Shown: one piece after another, positions 27,001 to 37,547 of the stretch | Layout of the letters: each line of letters starts with the position of its first letter | Numbering within the stretch: position 1 is the stretch's first letter | DNA from: a virus | DNA length: 59,807 nucleotides | Direction: 5' to 3' (one strand) | Virus record (IMG/VR): IMGVR_UViG_3300045988_174840 | Notes under the pieces: generated by a model | Databases searched by the model: none | Told to the model about the DNA's origin: nothing | The model's input: only the letters and a program-made list of their open reading frames with translations | Position numbers and translations under genes: made by a program

Positions 27001-30000
27001 CTTAGAAGCCCAAAATGCGGCGTTGACAACACAGCTTGAGCTAAGAAAGAAAGTTGCAAAAGCTGAGGAAAAGAAAACAGTAGAAGCCGCAGAACAAGCC
27101 GCAAAAAAAGACGCATATGGTAAAGAACTTGAGACAGCATCGGTAGACGCGTCAGTAGATAGGAGCCAATTAGCAGAAGTATCTGGAATAAATATTGGAA
27201 ATGGAAGGAAAGTTCAAGATATACTTCTTGATGATTCTGTTGCTAAGTTTCAACTAGGCGATGAGAAAGCTTATGAGGAATATAAAGCTCAAGCAGAATA
27301 TTCTATTTCCGAAATTAGAGATCTATTAGCGAAAGAGAATACTGGAATTAATTATGACCAGAGAGAAGCTTTAAAGGCTTATGTAAGTAATTTAGAATTC
27401 ACTCTGTCTTCAGTAAATAAAAAATGGGAAAATTCTTCTGGTGAAGTTTCTAAAAGTTTAACAGACGCGTATAATAACGCTTTAAAACAGATTCCTCTGT
27501 TAGAAGAAGCTGGTTCAAAATATGTTGACTACTATTATAATATTGTTGAACAATATTATAGAAAAACAGATACATTAGGTTTTGCTACTAAGCAAGCTTT
27601 CGGTGAAGCTTTAAGTGAAAATAAAGAAGCTTTTGATAAAATGAAAGCAGAGATAGAAAAAGAAGGCGGAATTGATGTATTATTAGCGGATGATGGTAAA
27701 AAGCTACGAAATGTTATAGGTAGTAATGCTTTTGAATCTTTAAAAGAATACTCTACTCAAACAGGACTTTCTTTAGAAATTTTATTAAAGAGTCTTGATG
27801 AGATTGATGCTAAATATGATGATATTAAAGATGGGGCATCTATTGCGGCTAATACAGAGAAAAAAGAAATTGAAGAATTAACAAAAAAACAAGAACAGTA
27901 TCAAGAGGAATTAGATAAAAAATCTGTAATTAGTGAAATTTCTACTCAATTAGCTAGCGAAGGTAGCTTAGATAAATTAAGTAAAAGTAAAGAAGGAAAG
28001 GCTACTTTAGAGACTTTTAATCAGATGCTAGAGGAAACCGCAGGCATTTATAATAAAAATGTAAGTGCGGCTCAAGAGTTTGAAGAAGCTGCTGCTAGAG
28101 GCGTTCTTGGACAAATAGAATATTTAGAAGATTTAAGAGAAGCAGATTCTAATTATTATACTGAAGTTATCGAGTTAGAAAAACAAAAATTAGAAGCGGA
28201 ATTAGATTCTAATAAAAAAATATTAGAAGGATATGCACAGAGAAAAACTGAATTAACTATGCATATCAATCAGCTAGAGGATATAAGAGAGAAAGAAGGT
28301 TCTCTTAGCAAAGAACAACTAGATGAACTTAGTAATGCTCAAGTTGAATTGGAGGCAGTTACAGAAAAATATAATGAATATCAAAACGCTGTTTCAGATA
28401 CAAAGAAAGAGATAGAGGATACCGATTGGGAATTAAAAATTGATTTAGCTGGTGCGGAAGAAATTTTAAGTATCGGTGATTCTATTTTAAGTGAATCTGA
28501 TAAGATTAGAGAAGCAGCAATGATGATTGGTGAAGGATATGTTGTTGCGTCTGAGGATGCTAAACAGTTAGCAGAAGTTTTTCCAGAAATTATGGAAAAT
28601 GCGGAAGTGTTAGCAGATGGACAAATTCAATTAAATCAAGGTGTAGTTGAAGAAACTTTAACTGGACAGCAATCTATTCTTCATGGAGATGTAACAACCG
28701 CTTTGTCTAGAATAGATAGTCAGGTTAAAATTTTAACTGCACAAAAAGAAGCGGCTGAGGCAGAGTTAGAATTATGGCAATCTGTATATCAAGGAAAAGT
28801 AGATATGGACTCTCAGGCTTTGGAAGCTATGGCGGGAGGACAGAAATCTTTTACTGAGTATTTGGTTGATTTAGGTGTTAAAGAATCTGATGCAGATAAA
28901 GCAGTTAAAGAAGCTATGGCGGGAAACTACGATGAGTTAGCTCGAATAGCAAAAGATGCTTCTATCAATATGGATCAAAACCTTAGTCAGGGTATTCAAG
29001 ATGCAGCCAATAACTCAAAGACTAATTTAGGTGCTATCGTTACTAACTTTATGGCTGTTATGAGAGCTGCTCAAGAAGCGGGAAAAGCTGCATCCGCGTC
29101 TATGAATGGAAAGGTAGCAGGAGAATACATTTCTCCAGATAGTCTCTCTGGCGGAGGTTGGTCACAGAATTTTACCGGAAAAACTCTGGACGCAAAGTTT
29201 AAAGGTGCTGAAAACAATATAACCACAACAACAAAAGAGTTTGCGGCAGATAAAATTAATGAAGCTAAAATAAGAATAAATAAGTATACAAAAGCAATAT
29301 CTGAAATGGAGGCTTTAGCGTCAAGACTTCGTGAGAATGAAGCTAATTCTAATTTAGCTCTTGAAAGTGCAAAAGCAGGGACTGGTGGTTCAACGCCTTT
29401 TGAGAAAGATAAGAGCAGTAAAGGCGGAAAAGGTAGCGGAGGAAAAGGTGGTTCTTCATCAGATGCACAAGCTGACAAAATAGATTTATTGCAAGATGAA
29501 TCTGAAGTATATCACGACATAGATCTTGAAATTAAAAATATCACAAGAGATTTAGATGCTTTACAGAAAAAACAAGAAAAGCTTACAGGTAAAGAATTAA
29601 TTAAAAATCTTCAAGAGCAGTTAGACTTATTGGAAAAACAAAAGAAAGCTTATGGTGAAAAGATAGAAGTAGCCGAAATTCAGTCAGGAGCATATAAATC
29701 TGCATTAAAACAAGAAGGGGTTACTTTTGATGCAGATGGAAATATAACCAATTATTTTAATATTATGAAAACCAAGCTGGATAATGTCAATAAAATGATT
29801 ACTAAATATAATGGCATGTCCAAAGCAGAGCAAAAGAAATATAAGCAAACGGTTGAAGATGCTAAAAAGGATTATGAGAATTTTAAAAAGATTCTTAGCA
29901 AATATGAAGACTTAAAAGCAGATGAAAAAGAAATAAAAAAGCAACAGCAAGAGGCAGAAGATAAGGCTACAGAAGTAAGGATTAAGAAGTTTACCTTAAA

Positions 30001-32572
30001 AGTTGACTTAGCTCTTGATACGGCTCAAGCAGAGAGAGATTTTAATGCTTTTAAAAAGAAAGTTATTGATGGTATAAAAGATGACGATTTTTCGGGTCAA
30101 GTTAATGCTTTACTATCTAATTTTAGTTCATATGTAAAGCCAGATGGTACAGGTGAGATTCAAGCTTTAACAGATCAGCTTAATAAAACTAAGAGTGAAA
30201 TTGAAATTATGAAAGCTGGTGGAAAATCAACTATTTATGGAGATAATCTTGCTAAAGCTTATGAAGACTTAGAGAAATATGAAAAAAATGCGGAGACCGC
30301 GTTAGAAAACTATGCACAAATATCAAAGGATATTGAAGAGACTTACCTAAGTGCAATAGATAAAGCTCAAGAAAAACTAGATGAGCAATCAGAGCAATAT
30401 GAATTTATATCTGATTTGATTGACCATGATAAAGATGTAATTGGTTTAATCTATGGCGATAAAGCTTATTCTCAATTAGCTAAATATTATGAGATGCAAA
30501 GAAAAAATAATAATGACAATTTAGACTTTGCAAGAAAACAAGTAGAATTCTGGAAACAGAGAATGGATAACGAAGAAAAAGATTCCAAAGCTTGGAAAGA
30601 ATATAAAGCTAATTATGAAAAAGCGGTTACTGATTTAAACTCAAAAGTTAAGAGTTCTATTGAAGAAGTTATTGAAGAATATAAAAATACTATAAATAAA
30701 ATCTTTGAAGACATTAACAAGAGATTAACTAACGGAAGCGGATTAGATTATGTTAAAGATCAATGGGATTTAATTAACAAAAATGCAGATATGTATTTGG
30801 ATAGTATTAATTCTTCTTTTGAAATTCAAAAACTTCAAAATAAGTATTTAGATTCTATTGATAATACAAGTAGCTTATCTGCTCAAAAGAAATTAAATAA
30901 CTTGATGAATGAGCAGATTGAAATGCTTAAAGCTAAAGAAAAGTTAACTCAATATGATGTAGATCGTGCTAATGCGTTATATGAAATAGCCTTAAAAGAA
31001 ATTGCTTTACAAGATGCTCAAAAAAATAAGTCAAAAATGAGATTGAGACGTGATTCTCAAGGAAATTATAGTTATCAATATGTTTCTGATGAAGATAGTA
31101 TAGCTCAAGCACAGCAAGAGCTATTAGAAGCTCAAAATTCTCTCTATAATTTGGATAAAGACAAGTATAAGAGTAATTTAGATGAAATCTATAGCACTTA
31201 TTCTGAGTTCCAACAGAAATTATTAGAACTGTATTCAGATACCACTCTTGCAGATGAAGAAAGAGAAGAAAAGAAAAAGTTATTAGCAGAACAATATGGC
31301 GAAATAATAAATAACTTAGTTGAACAAAATGAGCAAGTTAAGCAGAATCTCCAGGATACAACTTTCCAAGAATTGGCTAAAAAATATAATACCGATGTAG
31401 CTAACTTCCAAGGAATGTCAGATGAGGAAAAGAGAATCTTAATGGAGAGTATGATTCCGCAATGGAATTCAGGCGTTCAGCAAATGGCTGATAAATTTGC
31501 GGGAGAAGGCGGTTTTATTCCAACTTGTGAAAATGCCTTTAAACAGCTAGATGAAGCTTTACTTACTTATAGAAATAACTTGAGTGAGACAAGCGAGCGT
31601 TCAGGGGTAGATTTTAACAAGATTGCTGAAGGATATGATATGAATATCCAAAAAGCTAAAGAACTTCTTGAGGAAAATGATAAGTTACTTGAAAAATACA
31701 AGGCTCAATTAGAAGCTGTTCAAGATGTACTTCAAGAAGTGAAACAGCTAGAAGAAGCTTATAGAGGTGTTGCGGCAGCTGCTATTTCTGCGGTTACAGA
31801 AGCTAATAAATTAAAGCAACAGAAGGATAAGGAAGCGAGAGAAGAAGCAGATAAAGATGCTGCTGGAAATGGCAAAAGCGGAGATAATAAAAAGAATAAC
31901 AAAAGTAATAAAGGTGGAGGAAAGAATACAATCGTTGATGTCAAAGCGGATCCTTCTGATACTCCAGCAAGTGCAGTTGACATGGACGAAGGTAGTAAGA
32001 AATTTAAAGTTGGAGATAAGGTTAAATTACTAAAAGGAAAAAGATATTATTATACGTCTGAAGGAGCTGAACCTTCAGGAAATAGAGGAGCTGGACAGAA
32101 TAAACCTGGTACGATTACTCAGATTGAAAAGGGAGCTAAAAAACCTATTCATGTTCAGAGTAACGATGGTCCGTTTGGATGGCTTACAAAAGATGATATC
32201 AAGAAATTTGATACTGGTGGATATACTGGAGCATGGAGTGGAAATGAAGGAAAAGTTGGTATTCTTCATCAGAAAGAGTTAGTCTTAAATAAAGAAGATA
32301 CTAAAAATTTCTTATCTGCTATGAATGTTGTTAGAAGTTTAGATAGTGTTTTAGATACAATTAATGCATCTATGATGAATAGATTAGTTGGATTGTTAAC
32401 TAAGACTACTACTTCTTTGAGCGGAATTTCCGCGTCTCAGGATTTAACTGTTGACCAGAAAGTTCAAATAGAAGCTTCTTTCCCAAATGTTCAAAACTCT
32501 GGAGAAATTGAAGAGGCATTTAAAAATTTAGTAAATTATGCAAGTCAACATGCATATGACACTAAACGTTAG
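24041..32572 (+). CDS. tail tape measure protein (2843 aa)
   Basis: Very long helical A/E/K/Q-rich protein. The C-terminal motif FDTGGYTGAWSGNEGKVGILHQKELVLNKEDT is typical of tape-measure C-termini. AGGAGG ribosome-binding site. Confidence 0.85.
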   Translation: MAATNRIDFTVGFNTDQSGLSSIKKALEEIQKMTSGDLMSLNKGMDLSEANSRLSQIKESASQVQKALEKAFNADLGTLNVSKFNNELKNLDINKIYNDFNSAGSAGQTAFKNMTTQILTTNMQLKQTHSFLENMATTLSNTIKWNIASGAMNALTNNVQQAVNYVEKLDTSLNNIRIVTGKSAEEMRDFAESASQTAQELSASTRDITEGALIYYQQGDTDEDALAKAEITQKTANVSQISSEQAAEYLTAVWNGYKVANEAAAEGMDVYEKYVDKLAAVAATTASDLAESSMAISKVASAASSMGVDFDQLNAQIATIISVTRQAPESVGTALKTIYARMGDLAVDGVDEFGVSLGEVSGKMKTMGIDILDENGHLKEMGNVIEEVAGKWSTWTDEQRQAAAVAIAGKRQYNNLIALFDNWDMYTDALDTSKNALGTLEEQQDIYSERTEAHIQRMRTTFEDLYDSLLKPEAINKVVDGITFVVDKIATLVDNIGGGKTVLAELGSLGVRVFSKQIAGGISTTIANFKNVKSNAEQLNAQLEILQQYKGLSALDEDTKELVNMKQEIVDLGSVATTEQQNIANGFIEQINALQNQKKQLEENEEAAKNLYKALTNEELDLDSLRGKGEEAEKTDTYKEVQKQVAETQKQYKSLNKEASNYAGALTLATFNQRQASKDSSKQEEAIKSYEALTIAVKKYNDEVKKIVSSSPEVASAYENFNKKLKEYSELTGNAEKSVGELIATYPELSKAFKEVTEVSKDYASQAASDAQKVMKTAQDVAAGIGEKVKEKLDESRSAWKSFIDDVRNTAVIQSALDIAGSIGEIGSSIVSLKGIWDVFSDDSLSITEKLGQSFTVLLSTLPLLIDGIQGLRAGLITLAQNAIPALAGSSLTAWEAIGALFSASWIGWAAAAVGAIALVVFAIDHFTVSAKEAKEALESQFEEYEKAQQEVDELNSKLETTQERLKELYQISPDELTLAQKEELKTLEAQNAALTTQLELRKKVAKAEEKKTVEAAEQAAKKDAYGKELETASVDASVDRSQLAEVSGINIGNGRKVQDILLDDSVAKFQLGDEKAYEEYKAQAEYSISEIRDLLAKENTGINYDQREALKAYVSNLEFTLSSVNKKWENSSGEVSKSLTDAYNNALKQIPLLEEAGSKYVDYYYNIVEQYYRKTDTLGFATKQAFGEALSENKEAFDKMKAEIEKEGGIDVLLADDGKKLRNVIGSNAFESLKEYSTQTGLSLEILLKSLDEIDAKYDDIKDGASIAANTEKKEIEELTKKQEQYQEELDKKSVISEISTQLASEGSLDKLSKSKEGKATLETFNQMLEETAGIYNKNVSAAQEFEEAAARGVLGQIEYLEDLREADSNYYTEVIELEKQKLEAELDSNKKILEGYAQRKTELTMHINQLEDIREKEGSLSKEQLDELSNAQVELEAVTEKYNEYQNAVSDTKKEIEDTDWELKIDLAGAEEILSIGDSILSESDKIREAAMMIGEGYVVASEDAKQLAEVFPEIMENAEVLADGQIQLNQGVVEETLTGQQSILHGDVTTALSRIDSQVKILTAQKEAAEAELELWQSVYQGKVDMDSQALEAMAGGQKSFTEYLVDLGVKESDADKAVKEAMAGNYDELARIAKDASINMDQNLSQGIQDAANNSKTNLGAIVTNFMAVMRAAQEAGKAASASMNGKVAGEYISPDSLSGGGWSQNFTGKTLDAKFKGAENNITTTTKEFAADKINEAKIRINKYTKAISEMEALASRLRENEANSNLALESAKAGTGGSTPFEKDKSSKGGKGSGGKGGSSSDAQADKIDLLQDESEVYHDIDLEIKNITRDLDALQKKQEKLTGKELIKNLQEQLDLLEKQKKAYGEKIEVAEIQSGAYKSALKQEGVTFDADGNITNYFNIMKTKLDNVNKMITKYNGMSKAEQKKYKQTVEDAKKDYENFKKILSKYEDLKADEKEIKKQQQEAEDKATEVRIKKFTLKVDLALDTAQAERDFNAFKKKVIDGIKDDDFSGQVNALLSNFSSYVKPDGTGEIQALTDQLNKTKSEIEIMKAGGKSTIYGDNLAKAYEDLEKYEKNAETALENYAQISKDIEETYLSAIDKAQEKLDEQSEQYEFISDLIDHDKDVIGLIYGDKAYSQLAKYYEMQRKNNNDNLDFARKQVEFWKQRMDNEEKDSKAWKEYKANYEKAVTDLNSKVKSSIEEVIEEYKNTINKIFEDINKRLTNGSGLDYVKDQWDLINKNADMYLDSINSSFEIQKLQNKYLDSIDNTSSLSAQKKLNNLMNEQIEMLKAKEKLTQYDVDRANALYEIALKEIALQDAQKNKSKMRLRRDSQGNYSYQYVSDEDSIAQAQQELLEAQNSLYNLDKDKYKSNLDEIYSTYSEFQQKLLELYSDTTLADEEREEKKKLLAEQYGEIINNLVEQNEQVKQNLQDTTFQELAKKYNTDVANFQGMSDEEKRILMESMIPQWNSGVQQMADKFAGEGGFIPTCENAFKQLDEALLTYRNNLSETSERSGVDFNKIAEGYDMNIQKAKELLEENDKLLEKYKAQLEAVQDVLQEVKQLEEAYRGVAAAAISAVTEANKLKQQKDKEAREEADKDAAGNGKSGDNKKNNKSNKGGGKNTIVDVKADPSDTPASAVDMDEGSKKFKVGDKVKLLKGKRYYYTSEGAEPSGNRGAGQNKPGTITQIEKGAKKPIHVQSNDGPFGWLTKDDIKKFDTGGYTGAWSGNEGKVGILHQKELVLNKEDTKNFLSAMNVVRSLDSVLDTINASMMNRLVGLLTKTTTSLSGISASQDLTVDQKVQIEASFPNVQNSGEIEEAFKNLVNYASQHAYDTKR

Positions 32573-32573
32573 A

Positions 32574-32605
32574 TAAGAGAGGTTTATACCTCTCTTATTT
32601 TTTTG
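32574..32605 (+). terminator. Rho-independent terminator after the tape-measure gene
   Basis: Hairpin TAAGAGAGGTTTATACCTCTCTTA followed by TTTTTTT. Confidence 0.7.
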
Positions 32606-32665
32606 GACATTTTTATTTAAAAATCTTTAATAAAAAATTATATTTTATATAAAGAGAGAAAAGGA

Positions 32666-35600
32666 GTGTATAAGTTGAGTAATAACATAGAAAGCAATAT
32701 TTGCAAAGCTATTGATATTATTGTAAAGAAAGCGGTAAATCAAGCTAGCTATGATAAAACAATTCAAGCAACAATTCTTTCATGTGTAGATGCTACTATT
32801 GGTAAATACAAAGTAAAGTATCAAGATAGCACTTTTTATGCGTACTCAGGAAACTCTGATACCACTTATACAGATGGTTCTAATGTCTATATACTAATTC
32901 CTGGTAACGATATGAAAAAAGATAAGACTATTTTAGGTACAACGAAAAAACTAGGTATTAACTATATAGCTACTTCAGAAGGAGAAGAGAGTTATGAACC
33001 TATTGGAAATAACTGTATTTCTTCATCTATTACTTTTGGATTAAGTTCATATTCAAAAGTTGGACAAGAGAAAATCTTATATAGCAGAGATTTTCCAAAT
33101 AAGAATTTAATAAAAGTAGACAGTGCATCTGCGGAAGAGTATATAAAACAATCTGCAAATTTAATTTGTAGCATGAAAGTAAGAACATCTTTACCGCCAG
33201 AGCAACAAAGTAGGGGTAATTATGGTATTATTTTTGCATTAGATTTTTTAGATAATGCTACTAATAAAACTATAACAAGAAATTATGTTATAGATGTGGA
33301 TAAAATGACAGGTAACCCTTATAAACTAGTTTATTCAACTAAACAATATGGTATTTTTGATATAGATGGAATAAATTTCAAATCTATAAAAGAAATTAAA
33401 TTATTCTGTTATAATTTCCCGAATAGCAAGGAAAATTATATTGATGATATTTTTATAGAAGATTTGCAATTTTATGGAGTTGCAAAACTTAGCGAGGAGG
33501 ATATTAATGGTTGTAGTTTAAGTATCATAACTCCGCAAGGTAATTTTTTCAATAAAAATGCGAATAAAAATGATTATAAAAAGTTACAGGCTCAAGTTAG
33601 AGTCAAAGGAAAAGTTATAGATAATAATTCTCAAAAACTTCCTTTCTATTGGTTTGTAGAAGATATTAATATTACATCGAAAAGTTTAGGTTATCATAAG
33701 TATGGCGGTCAGGGCTGGAGATGTTTAAATAAGTATAATATTATTCAAGACGCGAATGAAGAAAATGGAGAAGCCGCAATAGTAGAATATGTAGCTCTTG
33801 ATTCTGAGTACAAGGTCTATTTTGAAGATGTAATTGCGAAAGAGACTAAATATAAATGCGTTGTTATTTATGATGAGAGTGCTTTAGAAAAACAGATTGT
33901 GATTAAAAATTATAATTCTAATTATCAATTTTCATTAGTATCTGATTTAGGAGAGCAGTTTTATTATGATGTTGGTTATCCTACTTTAACTTGTTTAATG
34001 AATGGAGAACAAATAAAAGATACGGGTAATTATGAATTCTCTTGGATTACTGTTGATAGCATAGGCGGTTTTAGTAATCTTGAAGAGACGACCGCGGAAA
34101 ATGAAGAATATAATAAGGCAGTTAAGAATAAAAAAAATTTAGAAAAAGCTATTAGTGATGGTACAAAGTATTACGAAGTTGTAAAGGATGAATTAGACAG
34201 ATATAATGCTGTTATAGAGAAATATAATACAATAACAAGAGTAGAAAAAGATAAGATTATTCATATAGATGTACGCTCTATTACACGAAATAAAACTTAT
34301 AAATGTGCGGTATATTATATTAGAAATGGAAATAAAACCTTCTTAGGTTCAGCATCAATCACTTTAACTAACTCCTTAGGCACAGAAGGTTCATATACTT
34401 TAGTTATTAACAATGGTATACAAACTTTTAAATATAATGAAAATGGAATTAGCCCAGCTTCTAAGTCATTGGAAAAGCCTATCATTTTACAAGCTTTAAC
34501 TTTTACTATTTATAATAATTTAGGTCAGCCTATTGATGATGAAGTGGCTAAGCACTGTAAAATTAAATGGATTGTTCCTTCTAAAAATACTATGTTAAAG
34601 ATTTCATCAGATTATAATAATGTTAAAAAAGATGAAGATTTAATCAATAATACAACAACATATAATAATATTACAACTTTGACATATGGTATTGAAGATA
34701 AGTATTCTGTTAATAAAGTTAGAAATAATATTCAATTAGCAGTAGAATATAAAGAGATGAATTTAATTGCGGAAACTAACTTTACTTTTGTTAAAGAAGG
34801 AGAGTCTGGAACAAATGGGACTGACATTGTATGTAAAATAGTTCCAAATGTTGAAGATGGAAAACCTATTCCAGTATATCCAATTCTTACTAAAAGTGGT
34901 GCTACTTATAGTTTTAATTTTGAGAAGAAAAAAAATGCAGAATCAAATTTTAAAATTGAAATATGGAAAGATGGAGAAATAGTTTTTAGCGGAAGTACTA
35001 CGTCAGGTAATACGACAGTAGTTTGGAGCGTATTAAAAAATAAATATGGACTTGATTATGGGAATTCTAGCGGTACAGATTATTCTTTTATACAAATTAA
35101 TGCTCAAAATGGAAATGTTACTGAAGCGGTTACTGGAAAAGAGCCAAAAGAGCCTTTGGCTTGGGGTCGCCTAGGAGTTGCTAATATTATAAAAGCTACA
35201 GTAAAATATGATGGAGTAACTTATTATGTTACTATGCCAATCATAGTTGCGGAAATTTATGATTACAACTATAAAGTTAATTTAAAGGATTATACTGGTT
35301 TTAGGTATGTTATTTATAATGCGGATGGAAGGAAACCTAAATATGATAATGCTACTCCTTTTACTTTAGAAGTTAAGAAACGTATGCAAGAAGCTAATGG
35401 CTATGTGGATATTAGCACCAATTCAAAAACTAATTATACATGGGATAGAAAAGGAAGCATTTTAGAATATCACCAGAGTTCTGGAACTAATGATTCAACT
35501 TGTTGGGAAGAAAAATCTTCTCTACATTTAATAGATATTAGTCCAGAAAACATTTCAATAAATCAGCATAGTTATAAACCTATTGATAATTATGATGGAC

Positions 35601-37279
35601 AATGTGTAAATAATGGTATAGTGTGTACCATAAAAGATGAAAATAATAACAATAAAAAAGTTGCAGATATCTATATACCAGTACATTTATATTTGAATAG
35701 ATTTAATAATGCGGCTATAAATGATTGGGATGGTAATAGTGTTAATGTAAATAGCAATGGCGGATTTATCCTATCCCCGCAAGTTGGAGCAGGAATAAAA
35801 GATAATAGTAATGCTTTTACAGGTATTGTTATGGGAAAAGTACAAGAAGCTAATCAGAATAATATTGAGGTAGGATTATTCGGATATAATAAAGGTCAAA
35901 GAAATATATTCTTAGACGCGGAAACGGGTAAAGCTATTTTTGGTGTTAATAATGGCGGACAAATTATTTTAGATCCTTCTGATGGAAAAGCTGAAATAAA
36001 GTCTGGAAATTATAAAGATGGAGTAGGTGGCATGTTAATTGATTTAACTACGCCAGAAATTAAATTTGGGACAGGCTATTTTAGTGTTAATAGTAGTGGC
36101 TATTTAACAGCAAAAGGTGGAGGAAGTATTGCTGGATGGAATATTGGTGAAAATACTCTATCTAAAGGTAGTGTAATTTTAAGTTCAGACAATTCTGAAC
36201 AAACTAACAAAGCTTTTAAAGTGGGAAATGTTTTTAGTGTAGATTATAATGGATTTTTAGTAGCTCAACAAGCAACCATAGGTAGTGGAACAGCCAAAAT
36301 TACTGTGGGTATGAATCAAACAAAAGCATACAGTGCTATTTATAGTGGGGATAAAAATGGATTACAAGTAAAGGAAAAAGGCTTTTACTTAGGAACAAAT
36401 GGAATTGGGCTTGGAACGACCGAAAAAGTAAAAAGTAAAATAGTAAGCAAATTTCAAGTAGATGATGAAGGAAATTTTTATGCCGCTTCAGGATGTATTG
36501 GTTTTGGAAAGGATCCTTTAGAAATAACAAGTAATGGTTTGTGTAAAGGTAAAACAACCTATAATGATAATAACGAAGGAGTTTATTTAGGGTCGAATGG
36601 AATTGGATTAGGTGCGAAGAATTTTACAGTTAATGCTGCTGGATATTTAACTGCAAAGAGCGGAAAAATTGGAGGCTGGGAAATTAGTGACTCTAGTTTA
36701 GTAGGAACAGAGAAGAAAAAAGATAAGGAAGAAAAGAAAATAACTTTAAATCCAGCAACAGGCATAAATTTTAATGATCTTTTTACAGTTAATCAAAATG
36801 GATACTTAACTGCAAAAAGCGGAGAGATTGGAGGCTGTACTATAACAGGTAGTGGCATCTCTGGCTCTACTAAAGGAGGAGCATCTTGGAGCATACAAGG
36901 AGATGGCACAGCTAGCTTTACTAATGTATTAATAAATGGAAAGTCAATTATATCAGCAGGTACTCAAATTGGCACGGAATATGATAGTAATGGAAATGTT
37001 TCAAAACAATCAGATTTGCCTAAGTATATAGGAAGTCAATCTGGGGGAGCTTTGTCATCTAATTTAGGTAATAATGATTATGTAAAAAATAGAGCTTCAG
37101 AATCAGATCAATATGAGGTAGGTTGGTTTTTAGGAATTGTACAAATAGACAAAATATCTCTTGATGTAAAAAATAAAACTGCATCATTATGGTATAAACG
37201 GATGCCTTTTTTAAGTAAAGGATCAGTGTCAAGCAGTGATGCCCATGGATTAGCTTTTGATTATATAGGAGAAAAATAA
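32666..37279 (+). CDS. large distal tail/baseplate protein (1537 aa) with a thrice-repeated C-terminal module
   Basis: Follows the tape-measure gene. Three ~30-aa modules F(S/T)VNxxGYLTAK(G/S)GxIGG(W/C)xI recur at ~36085, ~36610 and ~36790. The start is probably TTG at 32675 after AAAAGGAG. Confidence 0.5.
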   Translation: MYKLSNNIESNICKAIDIIVKKAVNQASYDKTIQATILSCVDATIGKYKVKYQDSTFYAYSGNSDTTYTDGSNVYILIPGNDMKKDKTILGTTKKLGINYIATSEGEESYEPIGNNCISSSITFGLSSYSKVGQEKILYSRDFPNKNLIKVDSASAEEYIKQSANLICSMKVRTSLPPEQQSRGNYGIIFALDFLDNATNKTITRNYVIDVDKMTGNPYKLVYSTKQYGIFDIDGINFKSIKEIKLFCYNFPNSKENYIDDIFIEDLQFYGVAKLSEEDINGCSLSIITPQGNFFNKNANKNDYKKLQAQVRVKGKVIDNNSQKLPFYWFVEDINITSKSLGYHKYGGQGWRCLNKYNIIQDANEENGEAAIVEYVALDSEYKVYFEDVIAKETKYKCVVIYDESALEKQIVIKNYNSNYQFSLVSDLGEQFYYDVGYPTLTCLMNGEQIKDTGNYEFSWITVDSIGGFSNLEETTAENEEYNKAVKNKKNLEKAISDGTKYYEVVKDELDRYNAVIEKYNTITRVEKDKIIHIDVRSITRNKTYKCAVYYIRNGNKTFLGSASITLTNSLGTEGSYTLVINNGIQTFKYNENGISPASKSLEKPIILQALTFTIYNNLGQPIDDEVAKHCKIKWIVPSKNTMLKISSDYNNVKKDEDLINNTTTYNNITTLTYGIEDKYSVNKVRNNIQLAVEYKEMNLIAETNFTFVKEGESGTNGTDIVCKIVPNVEDGKPIPVYPILTKSGATYSFNFEKKKNAESNFKIEIWKDGEIVFSGSTTSGNTTVVWSVLKNKYGLDYGNSSGTDYSFIQINAQNGNVTEAVTGKEPKEPLAWGRLGVANIIKATVKYDGVTYYVTMPIIVAEIYDYNYKVNLKDYTGFRYVIYNADGRKPKYDNATPFTLEVKKRMQEANGYVDISTNSKTNYTWDRKGSILEYHQSSGTNDSTCWEEKSSLHLIDISPENISINQHSYKPIDNYDGQCVNNGIVCTIKDENNNNKKVADIYIPVHLYLNRFNNAAINDWDGNSVNVNSNGGFILSPQVGAGIKDNSNAFTGIVMGKVQEANQNNIEVGLFGYNKGQRNIFLDAETGKAIFGVNNGGQIILDPSDGKAEIKSGNYKDGVGGMLIDLTTPEIKFGTGYFSVNSSGYLTAKGGGSIAGWNIGENTLSKGSVILSSDNSEQTNKAFKVGNVFSVDYNGFLVAQQATIGSGTAKITVGMNQTKAYSAIYSGDKNGLQVKEKGFYLGTNGIGLGTTEKVKSKIVSKFQVDDEGNFYAASGCIGFGKDPLEITSNGLCKGKTTYNDNNEGVYLGSNGIGLGAKNFTVNAAGYLTAKSGKIGGWEISDSSLVGTEKKKDKEEKKITLNPATGINFNDLFTVNQNGYLTAKSGEIGGCTITGSGISGSTKGGASWSIQGDGTASFTNVLINGKSIISAGTQIGTEYDSNGNVSKQSDLPKYIGSQSGGALSSNLGNNDYVKNRASESDQYEVGWFLGIVQIDKISLDVKNKTASLWYKRMPFLSKGSVSSSDAHGLAFDYIGEK

Positions 37280-37546
37280 ATGAGTAATAATAACAATAAT
37301 ATAGATCTAAATATTCAATGTTATAAATTTTCACAAGATTTAATAACATTAATAAGCAATAGCGGTTTGCCTATTACCGTAGCTTATTTAATTTTAAAAG
37401 ATACTTGTCAACAAGTTGAAAAAACAAAAAATAATTATTTATCAATGCTATCTTCAGAATCTATAGAAAAAGTTTCTGTGCCTTTAAGTATTAATGAAGA
37501 AGATAATCAAGATAATAAAGAAGATTTAGAAGAAAAGGAGAATTAA
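37280..37546 (+). CDS. hypothetical acidic small protein (88 aa)
   Basis: Track ORF with a TAAATG stop-start overlap with the upstream gene. Confidence 0.4.
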   Translation: MSNNNNNIDLNIQCYKFSQDLITLISNSGLPITVAYLILKDTCQQVEKTKNNYLSMLSSESIEKVSVPLSINEEDNQDNKEDLEEKEN

Positions 37547-37547
37547 T

